Shown in pieces: positions 60,158 through 64,000 of a stretch of DNA of 64,000 bases. The notes beneath the pieces were generated by a model. The model saw nothing but the letters and a program-made list of their open reading frames with translations. It was not told where the DNA came from and did not search any database. The translations under genes were made by a program, and so were the position numbers. Positions within the stretch are counted from its first letter, which is position 1. Every line of letters begins with the position of its first letter. Origin of the DNA: Candidatus Multivoradales bacterium (lineage in GTDB: Bacteria; Acidobacteriota; Thermoanaerobaculia; Multivoradales; J023); contig CBDFLE010000006.1 in assembly GCA_965248925.1 (NCBI GenBank), positions 1,376,001 to 1,440,000 of the forward strand, read 5' to 3'.

Positions 60158-63049
60158 AGACGTCTAGACCGAGGGCAAAGACGGCCCTTCGCTGTATGGG
60201 CCGAGAAATCGCTCGCCATCGAAGTGAACCAGATGCTCTGGAGCGTCTGCCACCCAGACTTCCGTTTCCCAAGCTATTTTCGGCAAATACTCCCGCATCG
60301 CGACCCGGTCGAGGAAGGCCGTCACAAAGACCAGACCAGCTGTGGCACCTTCGAATAGGTCCTTGAGTTGAAGGTGCCGCACAAGATTCACTGGGCCATG
60401 AGAGGTGACGGCCTCAATGAGGACAAGCCAATTGCGATCAACGTGATGAATCACCACATCCGGCATCTTGCCATGAGGGTCAATCTCCACCCTTAGGCCT
60501 CGCAGATAGTCGACCTCGTAGAGCAAGTGCTTCTTGCCAGCATCGCCAACGTAGACGACTTTGCCGCCAGGGGTGAACCACGGCGCAAACTGCTCGACGA
60601 TCTCCTTCACCAGCAGGTTCTGGCCACCCGAAGTGAGTTCTAGCGTCCGACCCCCAGGAAGGGACACTGGGATGCGATTCATCTCGCGATCTCTCTGCCG
60701 TAGACGGTTCTTCTCGGCTACCGAGTCGAGATAGGGGGCTAGCTTAGTAGCCCACGCTTCCGTTGCAAAAGAGCGGAAGAATTCAAGCGCCACCGGTTCG
60801 ATCTGGTAGACAGTCTTGGGACTGTTCGTCGGCCGCTCAGGATCGTCCGGATTGAGCAGAACCAGGCCCATCTCGATGAACTGGTGCAGCGTGTAGCGGC
60901 GAATCGTCTCCCGCGTGTTGGGTGCGTACTTCTTGCCGTAATTAGAGGCCATCCAGTCCATGATCTCGGTAACACCGCGCAGCGGTGCCTCAACCGAGAC
61001 CCATTGAGCCCCTGGAACGAGATCGAGTAACCCCAGAAGAGTAAGTGCTGACCGTTCGTTACATTGATCCCTCGGCGCCTCCAGCGCCTTCAGAATGTCC
61101 TCAGCAGCCCGCACCCGTCGTTTCGCCCTAACGGGGTCGTTTCCTCCACTCATCACCGAAACCTCACTCCTCACAAGTCGGTTGATCTCACCTTGGGTCA
61201 ACTTCGACTGCCCCATAGGGCGGCCCAATCGTTCGAGCTCTTCGACATCCGGAAAGCGAAGTGAGCGCAAATCGCTGGCATTGACCTGGGTGTGGCCGCT
61301 GAACTGCCGGAAGTAGGCATCCACCGCGGTGCTGTTCAAGAAGACTGCAATTCCCTTGGCGAGAAGTTCGGGAAGCCCCGCCTGCTTGCGGTGGAGCACG
61401 TTCAACTTGTTGTCGAAGGCGACCTGCTCGGCGTCAACGCGAGAAGGGTCGTACAGCGCGGCGACAACGCGGCGCCTCTCCTCCTTGGCACTGAATCGGT
61501 TGACGAGAACGTACCAGCCCGCTGGAAGAAGCAATTCATCGTCAGGGCCAGTTACGGCCAGAGCATTCGGCTTTGAGTCAGAATTCAGTGGCCAAGCGGC
61601 GAATCCTGTAGCGAGATGCCGAGGGAAAATCAGCGGTGCATCTCCCTCCTGGGGCATGTTGTGCAAGCGTTCCTTGGCACGAAAGCCAACCACACGACCC
61701 GTCGACACCGAAATACCCAACTCGGCAAGCGACCTCGGTAGACACCGCATCTTTTCTGCAATGCATGCATCCAACTCATCAGGAACTACGTGGAAAACGC
61801 AATCTGGGTCGTCGGGCAGGATCAGTTCAGTCGACTCGATAGAGCGCTCGACCGGGCCCTCATCCATGGGCCCGAGCGAGGTGGTGATCTTGACCTCGCC
61901 ACGAGGACCGCCCCGAATTCCATGGAAGATGACGTTCTCTTGCAGAACTTCGTCGCCGGCGAAAGCAACATCGCGGGCTTCATAGACATGAACCCGGCGG
62001 AACGCCAGTTGATGGGATAGCGCTTGGCGAAAACGGCGGAAATAGGGCCCATTCATGAAACTCCGTGGGGTGATGGCCACCAACTCGCCGCCCTCCTCGA
62101 GAAGCTCGAGAGCGAGCCAAACAAACGCCGAGTAGAGGTTGCTAGTCTCAAGTCCAGCGGCACTCAGGCGCGCCCGCTCTACACTGTCGCTTCTAAGCTT
62201 GCGGTATGGCGGATTCAGGATCGCGACGTGAAAGGAACAGCGCTCCTGCGGCGCGAAGAGGTTGCCGCCCATGATTTGCTGGGTAGCACCGAGAATGAAG
62301 TTTTCCTGATGAAGCTCAGCGGTGAACCCAACGCCTGCGGCGCGACAAACGGCATCACAATGCTCGAAAGTTCGGGCCAAATCTCCAGCCAGCAGCTCAT
62401 CGATTTCCCAGACAGTAGTGTGTATGGCTGAGGGTCTATCACTCTTGGGTCTGGCGCAAATCTCGGCGATCGCCGCGGCCGTGAGAATACCGTTCCCCCC
62501 TCCAGCATCGAGAATGCGAAGCTCGCTGGGCGGCTCGGGCAGCCGTAGCATTGCAGCCATGAAGCGGGCCACGCTCTCTGGGGTGAAGAACTGGCCGAGA
62601 TCTGAACGTCGCTTTGGGTCGGCAGCCAGACGATTGGAGATATCTAGCCGCTCAAGATCAAGCCGTTCGGGAAGGTTGGCCGCGGTGACAACCCCAAGGA
62701 CGCCCCTGTTGTGTAGTTTTGCACTAAGAAGAGTCATTTTCGGCCGCCATCTCCGAATCGCACTCAGTGTCTGGTCAAGCTCAACCCGGGTGGATTCGCC
62801 GCGGTAAGTCTATCCGAAGAACGATCGGCAGCGCCCGTCGCAACCAGTTCCCCCTTGTGGGCTTGATTCCGGCCAGTCCAGCCCGCATAAGTCAACTGTC
62901 CGCAAGCTGCCGGCTGAGAACCCGCGGCACCGCCGACAGTAGCTCGGGCAACTGCTCCGGCTGCTTGCCGCCGGCCTGGGCGAAATCGGCTCGGCCGCCC
63001 CCCCGGCCGCCGACCACAGCCGCCAACTCGGCAACCATCTTGCCGGCGT
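60028..63049. mobile_element. Integrase-less insert at the alaS 3' end bounded by 130-bp direct repeats; cargo is one R-M gene
   Basis: Direct repeats 60028-60157 and 62920-63049 with one mismatch (a60043/g62935); single ORF between them; no recombinase. Confidence 0.8.
60164..62737 (-). CDS. Fused N6-adenine DNA methyltransferase (gamma class) and BsuBI/PstI-family restriction endonuclease
   Basis: LGQFFTP, ILDAGGGNGIL, ILNPPY, FSGHTQVNASDL in the MTase half; YAPNTRETIRRYTLHQF, PTNSPK, HGKMPDVV, LIEAVTSHGP, IAWETEVW in the REase half. Confidence 0.92.
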   Translation of the reverse strand: MTLLSAKLHNRGVLGVVTAANLPERLDLERLDISNRLAADPKRRSDLGQFFTPESVARFMAAMLRLPEPPSELRILDAGGGNGILTAAAIAEICARPKSDRPSAIHTTVWEIDELLAGDLARTFEHCDAVCRAAGVGFTAELHQENFILGATQQIMGGNLFAPQERCSFHVAILNPPYRKLRSDSVERARLSAAGLETSNLYSAFVWLALELLEEGGELVAITPRSFMNGPYFRRFRQALSHQLAFRRVHVYEARDVAFAGDEVLQENVIFHGIRGGPRGEVKITTSLGPMDEGPVERSIESTELILPDDPDCVFHVVPDELDACIAEKMRCLPRSLAELGISVSTGRVVGFRAKERLHNMPQEGDAPLIFPRHLATGFAAWPLNSDSKPNALAVTGPDDELLLPAGWYVLVNRFSAKEERRRVVAALYDPSRVDAEQVAFDNKLNVLHRKQAGLPELLAKGIAVFLNSTAVDAYFRQFSGHTQVNASDLRSLRFPDVEELERLGRPMGQSKLTQGEINRLVRSEVSVMSGGNDPVRAKRRVRAAEDILKALEAPRDQCNERSALTLLGLLDLVPGAQWVSVEAPLRGVTEIMDWMASNYGKKYAPNTRETIRRYTLHQFIEMGLVLLNPDDPERPTNSPKTVYQIEPVALEFFRSFATEAWATKLAPYLDSVAEKNRLRQRDREMNRIPVSLPGGRTLELTSGGQNLLVKEIVEQFAPWFTPGGKVVYVGDAGKKHLLYEVDYLRGLRVEIDPHGKMPDVVIHHVDRNWLVLIEAVTSHGPVNLVRHLQLKDLFEGATAGLVFVTAFLDRVAMREYLPKIAWETEVWVADAPEHLVHFDGERFLGPYSEGPSLPSV

Positions 63050-64000
63050 GCACCCGGCCGATCAAGTCTTTGGACACGGTCACCACTACGCCGACCTTGC
63101 CTTCGCCGCGGCTGGCCAACACGACGACTCCGGAGCCCAACTTGTCGCGCATTGAATCGGCCAGGCCGCGGAGTTCTTTGACCGCCGCCCCCGGCACTTC
63201 CCGCGCCACCACCTGGATTCCCTCGACGTCGCTCTGTCCAGCGCTGGAGCTGCCGCCAGAGAGCATCTTGCGCCGCAGCCCGGTGACTTCTGCTTCGAGG
63301 TCCTTGACTTTCTTCTTTAACGCCGCGGCCTCCTGCGGAGCACGCTCGGCCGAAGTCGAAAGGCTGGCCTCGACCTCGCCCAGCAGTGCCTCGCGGCGGC
63401 GTAGCAAAGTCATCGCGCCCTCGCCTGTGACCGCCTCGATGCGCCGTACTCCAGAGGCGACACCGCGTTCGCCGGTGAGCAGCAATAGGCCGATCTCGCC
63501 GCTGTTGCGCACATGACAGCCACCACACAGCTCAAGGCTGAAGCCCGGCACTTCGACCGTGCGCACTCGATCGCCGTACTTCTCGCCAAATAGAGCCATC
63601 GCTCCAGCCTCGCGGGCTTCATCGTAGCCGCGCTCGGTGATCTGGGTGGGGGTGGCGCGGCGAATCTGCTGATTGACCCGGTTTTCGATGCGCCGCAACT
63701 CGTCGGCAGTCACCGGCCGGGGATGGGTGAAATCGAATCGCAGCCGCTCAGCGGCCACCAACGAGCCGGCCTGCCGCGCCGCGCCGCCGAGCACCTCGTG
63801 CAACGCTCCGTGCAGCAGGTGGGTAGCGGTGTGATTGCGCTCGATCGCCAAGCGACGATCGCCATCGACCCGCAAGTCGACAGCCCGCCCGGCGGCCAGC
63901 TGGCCGCGCTCGACTTCGAGGAAGTGGAAGAAGCTGCCGGCGGGATCTTTCTGCGTGTCGATAACCCGCGCCAGGCCACCAGGCCAGGACAGCTCGCCGC
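62892..64000 (-). CDS. alaS: Alanine--tRNA ligase, C-terminal part (5'-truncated by the window)
   Basis: RNHTATHLLH, QAGSLV, LRFDF, AMALFGEKYG, ELCGGCH, GVRRIEA, GGRGGGR..AQAGG; frame is open to the window end. Confidence 0.97.
   Translation of the reverse strand, partial: GELSWPGGLARVIDTQKDPAGSFFHFLEVERGQLAAGRAVDLRVDGDRRLAIERNHTATHLLHGALHEVLGGAARQAGSLVAAERLRFDFTHPRPVTADELRRIENRVNQQIRRATPTQITERGYDEAREAGAMALFGEKYGDRVRTVEVPGFSLELCGGCHVRNSGEIGLLLLTGERGVASGVRRIEAVTGEGAMTLLRRREALLGEVEASLSTSAERAPQEAAALKKKVKDLEAEVTGLRRKMLSGGSSSAGQSDVEGIQVVAREVPGAAVKELRGLADSMRDKLGSGVVVLASRGEGKVGVVVTVSKDLIGRVHAGKMVAELAAVVGGRGGGRADFAQAGGKQPEQLPELLSAVPRVLSRQLADS

Noticed and set aside
60158-60272. 90-aa ORF 60000..60272 as an independent gene
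   Set aside because: Its 5' part overlaps the R-M gene in another frame; only the duplicated alaS tail is meaningful.
60164-62737. Absence of CTGCAG inside the R-M gene as evidence of specificity
   Set aside because: None was seen by eye, but only about one site is expected in 2.6 kb and the site occurs elsewhere in the window, so this is uninformative.

Overview
GC-rich bacterial chromosome window. Gene content and protein-sorting tails suggest Acidobacteriota, probably Thermoanaerobaculia-like (inference, not verified). About 46 CDS were called; no rRNA, tRNA, CRISPR array, integrase or transposase was recognised. The left part (1-34 kb) is accessory/envelope-rich: a giant repetitive surface protein, an IPTL-CTERM-like protein, a hybrid two-component/AraC regulator, two Cys-rich secreted proteins, a DEAD-box helicase, a sulfatase-TPR, an orphan rfbG, TonB-C, MATE, a Ser/Thr kinase, SWIM-SNF2, moaB and a TolB-amidohydrolase. 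The middle has sspB, a cytochrome c lipoprotein divergent from a Fur regulator with a Fur box between them, an M2 peptidase, a Trx-DsbD-MsrA cluster and a small gene plus nucleotidyltransferase module broken by an 8-bp tandem repeat. The right part is core: rarA, IDH, TPR protein, rnhB, rplS, trmD, rimM, khpA, rpsP, ffh, pyk, pgsA, slt and the alaS 3' end. The most striking signal is an integrase-free ~2.9-kb insert carrying one fused methyltransferase-BsuBI/PstI endonuclease gene at the alaS 3' end, flanked by a 130-bp near-perfect duplication that leaves two alternative AlaS C-termini. Two candidate structured RNAs (rpsP leader, sspB upstream) and several apparent leaderless genes were also seen. 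All alignments and folds were done by eye.
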